Of a DNA stretch of 64,000 nucleotides, positions 53,201 to 64,000 are shown piece after piece. The notes below the pieces were generated by a model that had not been told where the DNA came from, ran no database searches, and worked only from the letters and a program-made list of their open reading frames with translations. This DNA is from Glaucostegus cemiculus (lineage: Eukaryota): the NCBI GenBank assembly GCA_976551045.1, contig CDPCPM010000026.1, forward strand, positions 8,928,001-8,992,000, in the 5' to 3' direction. The position numbers and the translations under genes were made by a program. Numbering within the stretch: position 1 is the stretch's first letter; each line of letters starts with the position of its first letter.

Positions 53201-55704
53201 ATTATTGGTTGTCTTATGAAAAATGAAGGTAATTCTAGATTTCAAAAGTAATAATTTACCTAAGAGTGGCAGTCTGTACCTTAACACAGTTACATGATAT
53301 GGACAGACTGGCTTCACTGCCTAATAAAAATTGTTTACTTTTACAGTATTAGACAAGTCTGTTAAGTTCAATTTAATTGAGTAATGGCCTCTTTTGTCTG
53401 CTATTTTGTGAATCCTTTCAGTTGTCTTCTTCGTGGATAGATTAAGGTTATAAAAACACCATTCATTCTTATTTTGGCATCCCTAGCACACCACAGGAAC
53501 TTGCCCAATCTTGATTGGTGCCAAGGAATTATTTTTTTCTTTGGTGAAATTGGAACTCTTTCCTCCTCCACCTCCAGCCCACCCTGGCCCGTGTGGCTTC
53601 CTGTTCCCATCCTGAAGCCCAGCTTTTGTTTTGGTTTTTAAGGTCATTTGTCTTCAAGACTGATTTTATTCAAATTCCAAAGATAGGCCTCATTCTTTTC
53701 AAATGAGTTTTAGAAAATTAAAGTACCATGCTTGATTTTCTCATGCTTTGTTCCTATATTTATATCCACACAATTTTTCTTCTATTTAATTCCTTGTATC
53801 AATGCTTTGAAGAAGTCACCTCTTATGTTCTACTTTGTGGCCAATAAACTTTCCAAATAGTTGGACAAATTGGCCCTTTCAAACTGGGGATATAGTCCCC
53901 AGTGTCTTAAAGGATAGTATCTCAAGGATTAGCCATAGTGTAGGGAGCATTCTTTGTTTGACAAAGTATGGATTATACAAATTACTAGAATAGTTAGTTA
54001 TTTCACTCTGTGGAACAACAAGTGTTCTCTCCACCTCACAATTTAAATTCCATCCAGCAACAATCAATGTTTCCAGGTGGATGATCAATTAAAATTGATA
54101 GATAATATAAAAAAGAATAAAGGGCAACATGGACAATATCTATTGCAGAATTGTTCATGACGTGCTGGGTCATGCTGCAGGCTAGCTTGTTCCAAATTTC
54201 CATGCCTGTGCTTTGCAATGTGGCAGAGAGGAACACGTTGGCGGTTGGATGCTAATGCATCTGATCTCCCTTTCTCCCACTGGACTCAGAACTAGGTCCA
54301 GAAACTGAGAACTGGTGTGTGGAGCAGAGGGGCCAGACTTCACCTGTGGCCAACCCAGCACTGTGTCAGCCAGTGTGGCACCTTTTCTATTGTATGGGAT
54401 TGCCAGCCTGGATTGTAAAGTTAAGTGCAGGGAAATGATTTTCTTTTTGTTTCATTGTGCATATTAAAGTTGTTAATTAATTTCTATAACCTAAAGCTGG
54501 TTTTCAACAGATTTAGTTTTTAATTAGTTATATACTTTTTAAAATTATTTACATGTATTTCAACTGTTTGTTTAATTCTCTGATTATCAGAGACATGTTA
54601 AAACAGAAGTGCCTTTTGACCACTGAACTGTCAAAAACCATCAGGGTGGTCCGAGGCGGGGCCACAGAATCCTCTGCCTGAGGATTAGCAAGGTTTAGAA
54701 TCACTCAGCAATGGGACCTGGAGGTCACTGGACCAAGGAAAGCTTGAGGTGGGCCAGACTGAGCACAATTCAACCCACTGGTCTATAACACGCCAAATTT
54801 GTACTGTCTTCTCCAGTCTACCATGGTATGGAGCCTACCATCAATAAAATAGCAGACCCAAAGTAACATAAGAGCTCTAAGACCAACTTGAAATCTAGTC
54901 ACATCACGTTGGATCTTTCCAGACAACACATCTGGGAGGCGAGGGATAGTGTCTTAATAACTAACTAGAAGAGCAATGGGTTGTTGATTTGATCCCTCAA
55001 ACATTGTGAGAGAAAAGCACAAGGAACAGCACCCAGGCTTCATGACATGATTATTCCTCATCACTCAACATTCTAATTGTTCCAGGCCTTGGTTTCTCAA
55101 GCAGGCTTCTCCACACTCAGAGCAGCTGAACAGACATAAATTTCTGGCCTTTGATATTTGCAAGTTTACTAGTCTTAAAGGCACAGATCATTTTCCTGGT
55201 TAGATACCAGAATTATTTTGACTAAGCCTGTTTGAGGTGGTGAGATGCTTGGATAGATCCCAGGGAAAGTGAAATTTTGGAATTGGGGAAGCACAGACTC
55301 AATTTTATGCTAAAATGGAGATAAAGCAAAGTATATTTTTGCATCCCATTTACTTATCACATTAGATGTATTCAACCTGAGATGTCATCTTCAAAACTGA
55401 TGGTTAAAGGAATGGTCTATAACCTAGACCATTCCTGAAAGCTGAGGCTTTATTCAAGAATCACTGAAAACAAACATGGATTAATCTTGCATCACACAGT
55501 GCAATGCAAACAGGACCCCAACCTTGTGCTCTTTGCTAATTACAATGATTGCAAAGCACATCCAGGGCAATCTCTGTTGTTCGCTGGGTAGATCCTAAGG
55601 TAAAATTGTGAATAGCTCACACTAACAACTTTCTGAAGGCTGATCAGTAGAGGTGGAGTAAGTTCTGACAGACATTGTTACAAGTCAAGTTGACCTGGGA
55701 GACA

Positions 55705-55940
55705 GTGGAGAATAGAAAACAGCAGACCCAGTGATGCAATGATGGTACACTGGAAGCCTTGGTGGAGGAAGTACAAATTAGGGTGATCTTCTTTATCTGC
55801 AAGGTGTCCAGAAGCCTTCCTCACACATGTTCAGAAGGTGCTGGTAGCAGCTAGACTTTGAGATCAATGTGAAAAATATAGCCCCAAGGACCTGCTGTGT
55901 GCAATAGATTCAGTGATCTCACATGTGACCATACTCGGTG
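55705..55940 (+). pseudogene. Fossil Myb/SANT-like (trihelix) DNA-binding ORF of PIF/Harbinger type
   Basis: Frameshifted translation 'NDGTLEALVEEVQ..DLLYLQGVQKPSSHMFRRCW*QLDFEINVKNIAPRT..CNRFSDL' fits the F-S/N-D..LE.LV..V...W..I...VN....RT..QC..KF.DL pattern. Confidence 0.7.
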
Positions 55941-57291
55941 AATGCATCATTAGATGTCTTCTTCTAGCAACAGTACCTCTTGCCTCAAGCACTGCTTAAT
56001 TCACCACACATCTTTCAACAAATCCCTATCCATCTAAGCTTGTATCTAAAATTCATTATACCGTGCCACAGCCAGAGAGAATTGGCAGCTCTACAAGGTT
56101 TCCCCACATCTCATCAAGAGACGTCCTGTCAGCTATTCAACCACAAAAACCACATCATGTAAATGCATTGCATGCTAGTGTCTCCTAGAATGTAAGCCTG
56201 CTTTTTTATCATTCGTCCTCCCACACCTACCACTCCAACTGCCTTTGCTGTTATCTGTTATATATCTGGCCTAAGCTAGACAAATAGCTCAGACTGGTGC
56301 TGCCCATGTTGCAGTGATGTGGGCTGAAACTGAGCCAATTAAACCTGAAGATGCTAGAGATCATCATCCAAAACTGCTGTCTATTGCCACTACCAATGGA
56401 AGCAACATCCTTCCATCAGTCACACTCTAGCCATTGTTGGAACACTCAAAGGAGCATTTGTTCAAAGTCATGGAGAAAATCAGTACTAAGGGCAAACAGG
56501 CAAACACAAGGGTGATTAGTTAGTTGTTGTATGAATATCGTGTGATTTAATTTATAAACTTGATGCTAGATGTTTATTTTGAGGTGGCCTTATTTTTGTG
56601 TGGTTGTCAGATGAGCATTGTGATAGTCAGTGAGGGAGGGAAAGGCATAAAATTCTTGGTGAATATGGAATAAATACTGCAACTGCTGACCTGTAGAATG
56701 AGTCCTTCACCAACAACAGGAAGTATGCTGGCGTGAAGGTATTCATTCCTCAGACTTCCATATTTGTCAACCCCCAGGATAATGTTCTCAGCAGATCTAT
56801 TTTAACAGCAGGTGTTGGAAAAACACCCATCATACATTGAAACTGATATACCATTTGTATGACAGATTTAGTCCGCAATGATTGCCTGAATTATAAGAAC
56901 ATAAGATTGTGTTTCTCGTAAACTCATATTTTTTTTCAACTTACATTTTTTTATCCATCTCCTACAGTTTGATGGTCAATGCTGTTGCTTTGTAACTTAA
57001 GGAAGTTTTAATAGAACCTAATTGGAAAGGACAGACTGACCACATAAGTCATGGTCTTTTCAATAGTGCAGTGGTAGTGAGAGAGGGCGGCGGGGTAACA
57101 AAGTGGGAGTGGTGCAAGGTGTATGGAAGAGGTGGTTCAAATACGATCATCAAAAACAAGTTCAGCTTTTAAGAAACTACTCTCCAGAATCAATCACCAC
57201 TTGAAACATTCCCTCAAAATATATGAAAGATTCAAACTGTTTGCAGAATATTTCAGGTTACTAGATAGGTACTTTATACTGGTACTTTACA

Positions 57292-57513
57292 TTCCCACCC
57301 TCCCCCATCTATCTATTCCACCCCCCCACCCCCCGCCCAGATACACCTATCACCTGCGAGTTCTTGCTCCACCCCTTCCCTCCATCTTTTTATACTGGCT
57401 ATCTCCCCTCTTTCTTTCAGTCCAGATGAAAGGTCTCGACCTGAAATGTGAACAGTCCATTTCCCTCCATAGGTGCTGCTCTACCTGCTGAGCTCCTCCA
57501 GTGCTTTGTGTGT
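57292..57513 (+). mobile_element. Penelope-like element 3' end with 9-bp TSD
   Basis: C-rich stretch then 'ccagatgaaaggtctcgacctgaaatg...ggtgctgctctacctgctgagctcctccag'; tactttaca at 57283-57291 and 57514-57522. Confidence 0.85.
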
Positions 57514-58549
57514 TACTTTACACTGGGATTGTCTTTCTATTCTCTTGATCATTCTGTTTTCCAGTTTTGTTTGCAATGTTAAGATGGTTAGAGTCCGAGC
57601 CACTCAGGCACAATTCCCTCTGAAGTAAAGTATAATTTTGCATAAGTTTATGTTTCACCCTCTCCATTATGACTAAAATTAGAATTCTATAGATTCTAAA
57701 TAACCAATTGAAGAGGGCCCATATGAAGGTAACAGAAAGAGTTCTCAAGCACATATGAAATTAACAGTTTCAATTAATCTTTTACTTGTCCGATTTAATC
57801 TATGAAAAATGTTGTGTTTGAAGTGAGGAGGCCTGTATGAAAATCAGGAAAGGTAACATCATTCAGTTAAATGCAGTTTTAGAAAAAGTCAAAGAGAGAA
57901 AAAAAATCAAAGTGCAAAGAGAATTGATCTCCTGCACCCCACTCCCCTCTTTCTTATGGTCGTATAAAGTGAGTTAATGCAAGGTTTCACTATGGTGATC
58001 ATTTCACCATGGTAAAACAGCACCCAGAAGAAATTGAACTGAACCCTTCACTGTTTAATTCACCTTTGAGCATTTAATGTCTAACTAGCACTAGGTGCAT
58101 CTCCAATGATGTCACAATTGGTACCATACCCATCTCTGCCCCTACTGACATAAATTGAATCTTTTGAGTGCAGTGCCCTATTCTGGTCCCCTTTCAGTGC
58201 ATAGTTCTGGGTGTAAACTACATAGTGCTGATTCTAATATCATTTTAGTCAATTTCATGATTCTTTGTGTGGAACTGAATGAGTTTCTGTGCTATAACGC
58301 AGCTCACCAGAAAAGGGTAAAATCCAATTTCTAGGCATAAATCTGTGGATATCTCTGCATACTGAGTACATCCTGAAAAGACAACAAATAAATCTGCAAC
58401 TCATTGATTCAATCTGAAAAGTCATTAACAAGCAAATATTTTCAAACTCAGTGGTTTAATCATTCATCCATATTTGCACATTAACATTGCTCAATGCCAG
58501 GTTAAGGAGAATAACATCTCTGTCATCACCGAGATCTGACCTCTCTCTC

Positions 58550-59132
58550 TTTAGCAGTAGTTTGATTCAATGCCAACGTTCTCGCATAGGAGTCAGGAAA
58601 TTGTCATTCCAGGTCTTGAGCACGTAACCTTGACTGACAGATTAATGCTCTACTCAGGTAGTAATGCATTTTCAGAGATAATGTCCTTCAGATGAAAAAC
58701 TTAACTAGGACATTGTCTGTCTGTTCAGTAGAATATAAGTGATCCCATGAACCATTTCAAATGACAAGCATTGGAATTGTCCCTGTGTCTGCCCACTGTT
58801 CATCGCTCAGCCAACTCCACCAAAACAAATTGCCTAGAAATTCACTCCAGCCAGTAGCACTAAATAACGCTGTGTAATGTAGCTTAATTTCTGATTACAA
58901 CTTGCTAATGGTCCTATAGAGCATATTTAAAACTATTACCGGGGGTGAATTTCTAAGCAATTAGCTGGTAATATATTTAATTGCTACTTGTGGGATCTTC
59001 TGTACATGTGTTGTCTCTCATGCCTCCATTATCAATTATTAATGTCCTCATTTCAAAAGTAATGTGCGTTCTGTAAACTGCTTTGGAACATCCCGAGGAT
59101 GTGAGAAAAGCTCCATAAATGAGAGTTATTTG
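58550..59132 (+). mobile_element. Near full-length DeuSINE with an internal MITE
   Basis: 'cttgagcacgtaacc...tccttcagatgaaaaacttaac...gatcccatgaaccatttcaa...ttgtgggatctt...ctgtaaactgctttggaacatcccgagg'. Confidence 0.8.
58832..58958. mobile_element. ~127-bp MITE with imperfect ~26-bp TIRs
   Basis: gcctagaaattcactcc ... gggggtgaatttctaagc, flanked on both sides by aatt. Confidence 0.75.
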
Positions 59133-59175
59133 TATTTCAATTTTATTTTAATATATCCAAATACTGCAAACATAC

Positions 59176-59507
59176 GGGGGTGGCACAGTGGTGCACTTGT
59201 AGAGCTGTTGCTTCACAGTGCTAGACACCTGGGTTCAATCATGTCTTCGGGTGCTATCTATGTGGAGTTTGCACATTTTCCCTGGGCCCTCGTGTTTCTT
59301 CCCATATCCCAAAGACATGCAGCTTGGCAGTTTATTTGCCCACTGTAAATTGCTCTGGTATGTAGACTAGTGGTAGAATATGGGGTAGTCCTTGAAAATG
59401 TGGGGAGAATAAACAAAAATGGGATTAACGTAGGATTAGTGTAACTGAGTGATTGATAGCATGGACTCTGTGGGCTGAAGGGCCTGCTTCCATGCTGCAC
59501 TATTTCT
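59176..59507 (+). mobile_element. HE1-type V-SINE
   Basis: 'ggcacagtggtgcacttgtagagctgttgcttcacag...gggttcaatc...tgtggagtttgcacatt...tgggctgaagggcctg'. Confidence 0.9.
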
Positions 59508-60915
59508 GCAGACTAATAAATGTTTTGAGAACCACTTTTAAAAGCAGAAAGTTGAACAAAAATAGTTATTGTAATAATAACCCATTTCCTGCAGTGAACT
59601 TTGTTCAACCTTCTCTCCTTTTAACACGTGCATCTCAACTGTGGGGAAATAACATGAACTAATGGCAAGGGCTGAAACAAATGATCATGAGGATATCCTT
59701 GACTTTCGGGTACCTGACTGAATGCGTCAGCTGAATACCGGCTCCTGTGGTGGCGAAGCAACCTCACTTTTGATTCCAATGTTAGCTGCCCTTCTGTTGG
59801 GAGCCCATTGTGGGAGCGTGCAGAGTACACACTTGAACCCAGACTGCGATTTTGTGTCCTAAGATCTCTATTTGCAAGTTAGAAGGAGCCACTGTTTGAG
59901 TCAGATACATGCTTTATGGAGTGGATAACCAACCCCATGCAAAATGCCATCAGTTTCTATGTCAGTGTTAATGGGATAGTAAGGCTACCATTTTTAGGAC
60001 ATTGGTGATGAAGAGTAATAATGTTACTTCAGAAAAATCATTTCAATGACTGTCCAATACTGGGGTATAAAAAGCAATTAATTGTACAGCGTGTACAACA
60101 ACATTGATACAAATACCTTGCATACCTTTTAAGTTTACATTTTAACGTCGCATTCTATGTGTTTGTTAGACAATATCAGGAAGGAATGATGAAGAGTGGA
60201 ATGTGGGAAGTGTGATGTTTTTGTTTTCTCTATCAGTAAAGATTCAGTGGTTAGAATATTTACTGTTCAGTCACAATGCTGTGAAAAATTGTAGGGTGTA
60301 AGGTGCTTGATAGTGAATAAAGCATAGATTAATGACACATTTAGTGAGGTGTTTTCCTCTCTCCTGTGAAACAATTATATATTTATTTTCTTGTTTTTAT
60401 TTGGAACATAACTGTAGTATTTATATATTATTAACAGCAAAAAGGACACTTTCTATTTATGATGTTGTGCTTGTGCTCAACTATGGAGTAAAGTCCACAG
60501 ATGCAAAGGCATTGTACTTGTTCTCCTCCAATTACATCAGCTAAGGTATTCTAAAAATCATGTAAAAGAGGGATATCAGTCAAATTTGTTTTTCCTCTAT
60601 TATTACTCCAGTACAGTATGACAAAAAACATCAAAATGTTGTGAAGCAAGACCAAATATTTTGAGATAGAAAACATTTAAAATATGTATAATGTTGGAGA
60701 GTTACGTTTCTGGTATTCCATTTGTGCAAATTATCCCTGCATGTAGAAATGGTGTCTCTCAAGCTGCCCCTTGTTAAAAGTGGACTCTGCACAATAAAGA
60801 AAAAGAGATGTCTTGATGTGAAGAAGGCACTATATGGTCAGGTGATGTCACTTCGTGACACACCAGGCAAGCGAAGAAACATTGAGACAACAGTTGTTTT
60901 TTTTTAATCATTTTG

Positions 60916-60975
60916 TGGTGGTGAACTGGTCTCTCATCAGCATCGGAAAGCTGATGATAGACCAGTTGTGTATCA
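60916..60975. other. Strong stem-loop (18-bp core stem, one mismatch, 8-nt loop)
   Basis: aactggtctctcatcagc-atcggaaa-gctgatgatagaccagtt (60924-60967). Confidence 0.8.
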
Positions 60976-62979
60976 TTCAGTTAAAATATTCATTCTTAAC
61001 AGAAAATTAATGCACACTCAAGTATAGGGCCTATCATTGTCCTGTAATCTTAGAGTTTTGTTTCTGGTTCCTTTCAACTACAGTTTCAGTGATTTACATT
61101 GCAGTTAACTGTTGAGGCTGTGCTTTTACTGCTTTTAACTAATATAGCACCAGTCATTTAAAATGTTTATATGGTACAGTTACTATGGAATTTTGAGACA
61201 AACGGGACAGACATTTCATGCTCAATCACAATAAGTAGACCAAATGTAACCTCTTAGAATGCACTTCTCATTTCAATAAATAGACATAAATTCAGGCAGC
61301 TGGACCTAAATGAGGATTTGGCTCCTATCTTTTGTCTTGGAGTTTTATGTCAGTGACTGAACTCAATTGCTGTGAAGTAGCTGAATAAAATATTTATTTT
61401 TCTTCTTCCCTGTGAATATGAATACAATATTAGTCCATATATATTCATAAAGGACTTTAACATTTATAGACACTACAAAATAACAATATTTTAAGTCCAA
61501 GTCATTCATTTTCTCACAATAACGACAATCGAATACTTTGCACTGTATTTACCAATAATGGTGTGCTTTAAATGCAAAGTAAAAAATAATACTTTTAGTA
61601 GAGATGATTTTGCAAACATTCTTTGTTTAAAAATGCTACCTGTCCTTCCTATCTATGTAGTTAAGGTGGTAAGTTATGAATGTTCAGTGTGCAAGTCATC
61701 AGTCATTTGACTCTGTTTCCAGATTGTAAGTAAGCAAGTTGTTTTACTGTGAAAAATGGGTTAGCCCATTATGGGACAGTTGTACCTGGCAGATGGATGT
61801 GGATTCTTGTATATGTAAATAATCACAATGAGCTATTACCACAGATGGTAAAGCATCATAAAATATGCTACATAAAACAGAAGATTGCAGTATAATTTGA
61901 CAGCATAAAGGAAACTTTTGCACCTGCATTTAGATTATTGCTTTTGTAGCAGGTGGTCACTTTCTAACCAGCATTAGTGGATAGGCCAGGCTCACTGCTC
62001 AATGTGTTTCTGAGGGAAGGAAAGAGGGGGTAACAATAAGTGGATTCATGATTAGGGTCAGTGTGGCACACAAGTTCCGATGAAAAGCCAGATTTACTAC
62101 TAAACAAGTTGGCCAAATAACAATTGTCCTCCTGCTAGAATGAGAGAGCCCTTTTTCTAAAAATGTAGCCATTGTGTTTGTCCACAAAGCAGCCAAAAAA
62201 CAAAATGTAACTAAAGAGTAAGCACAGTAAGGTTAGTGTTGCAAAAAAAAGTCTGGAAGATGCTACTGATTTTGAAGCTTGCCCTGTGCCACAACTGACG
62301 AAGAACCCACACAGGGCTAACCACACATTCTGGAACACTGGGATTTTACTTCAGGAGTGACACTCTGAAGCACCAAAGGTTCTCACTTTAGTGGCAATGC
62401 TAGTCTGAAAGTACAAACGTGGACTCTATTGATATCAGTGCAAAAAATGACCAAAGTCAGCAATTACAGGCACTTTAAATTCCAACCATTAAGAAGCATC
62501 TAAGTTAACATTCACTAGTAATACACATCTTCCAAATTATGAAAGGCTTCAAATTTTATTTATCTTCTTCATTGCTCTCTGTACCCAATCTATAAGAAGC
62601 AAGCTTTATGTTTTACATTCTGCTTAGTCTGTTTTCTGATTCTTCAAGAGATGTTTTCAATATGATAATTCCTGAGTCATTTTCATTGGCCTTTTATACC
62701 TGTTGATGACAACACAATACAATTTCATGGCTGGATATCCACAGGCTACCTTTACTGTGAATGTTCAAGAAGTCCTATGGTATATCCAATTTTGTCAAAT
62801 ATGACACAAGAAGTATGGTATAAGACAGAGGACTCCTTTACTTATATCAGCCTTGGAACCACTAAGCATTATTAACCTTAGCTGTATATAAAACTTACCA
62901 CATTATTCACAATTGGCAATTATTAAGAACACCATATTAGTTTCCATGTATAGAATGTGTTCATCATTATCAGCTTATG

Positions 62980-63500
62980 CAGACCATAAATTCTGTAATG
63001 ATTTATTTAATAACTGATCCACGTAAAATTGTTTGCCTTTTTATTGAAAATTATGCTTACTTTGTTCACCTCAGTGGGCAGAACTGGCTTCTGACAGTTA
63101 TGAATCAGCAGTAGGTTTAGTAGATAGTCATTATTAAAGATCATAGGACTGAATTCATGGAGGTATTTTATAATAACAGTAATTAAACTGACAGAGTACA
63201 ATATTGATAAATGATTCTGTTGGCATGTTTTATGTAATAGATACCAGAAATGTTAAAATTTATTGAAAAATCACTATCTATAAAAGTGTATTTTCTTTGC
63301 ACTGTTCTACTCTCTTCACTATCAAAGGAGCCTCATTACTGCCTTTATAATGAGTGCTGGTTGAAACAGAATATTCACAAATTATGGCAATGTTCATGCT
63401 CAGAGAGCAACGGTGGCCCTTTTTTGAACCACACAGATAATTACCTATCCTGTTAAAAGTTCTTGATTTAACGTTGTTGTGCTGCGGTAACAGCAGGTTG
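62980..63500. promoter_or_regulatory. Candidate TALE/HOX-responsive conserved enhancer
   Basis: TGATTTAT 62999-63006, TGACAG 63092-63097 and 63189-63194, TGATAAATGA 63205-63214; repeat-free AT-rich block. Confidence 0.45.
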
Positions 63501-63519
63501 ACAACTGTACCTGCTTAAA

Positions 63520-63980
63520 GAAAGATTAATGTAAACAGTGACTTTCATGTTCTTCAGTTATTACTAAATATTTTTCATCCAACAAAGTACTATGGGAATG
63601 CAGTTGCACTTGTTTTCAAAAGGAAGATAGCAGATATTTTGAGCACAACAGGTTCCCAGAAAGAGCCATGTGATGATGCAATGATGACCAGTTGCTCTCT
63701 TCATATGGGATTGAGTAACAGATGAATATTGTCCACAACATCACGATACCTCACGTGCTCATCTCTGAAATAGTCCCATAGGATCTTATATATGCAATTG
63801 AAAGGGGGCAGATGAGACTTCATTTTAAAATCTCATCTAACAGACGGCACCCTCAACAGTGCAGCGCTCCGTCAATCCTGCAGTGTTACTGAGGTACAAT
63901 GTTTATTCCTTAAGTTAAACTTGAACCCATAATATTTTGGATCAAAGACATGAGTGGTACAAAATAAGCCACCAGTGACC
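63520..63980 (-). mobile_element. DeuSINE (SacSINE1-like)
   Basis: 'gaaatagtcccataggatctt...ggcagatgag...tctcatctaacagacggcaccctcaacagtgcagcgctcc...acttgaaccca'. Confidence 0.85.
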
Positions 63981-64000
63981 CTACCATAATAACGATTTTT

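Noticed and set aside
1-64000. Prokaryote-style system (operon, CRISPR array, defence island)
   Set aside because: The sequence is vertebrate non-coding DNA with no long ORFs and no repeat-spacer arrays

Overview
Eukaryotic, AT-rich vertebrate DNA, almost certainly from a cartilaginous fish and probably a batoid (ray/sawfish). That call rests on the repeat repertoire: HE1-type V-SINEs, SacSINE1-like DeuSINEs, CR1, L2, Rex1/Babar, RTE, Tx1, Vingi, Penelope remnants and Harbinger relics. The only credible host-gene coding signal is two phase-compatible + strand exons (297-375, 2037-2100), which appear to end an unidentified protein. The other ~62 kb looks like gene desert or a long intron: decayed, often nested retroelements alternating with repeat-free blocks that resemble conserved non-coding enhancers, some with PBX-HOX/MEIS motifs. 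No intact transposon ORF, rRNA, tRNA gene or CRISPR array was seen. Most ORFs in the supplied track are spurious or broken LINE fragments. The best leads are short TSD-flanked Penelope-derived inserts with decayed minimal hammerhead cores, a pre-miRNA-like hairpin near 60.9 kb, V-SINEs with swapped LINE tails, a MITE inside a DeuSINE, and a fossil Harbinger Myb/SANT gene. Family names come from visual recall of consensus sequences, not database searches, and repeat boundaries are approximate.
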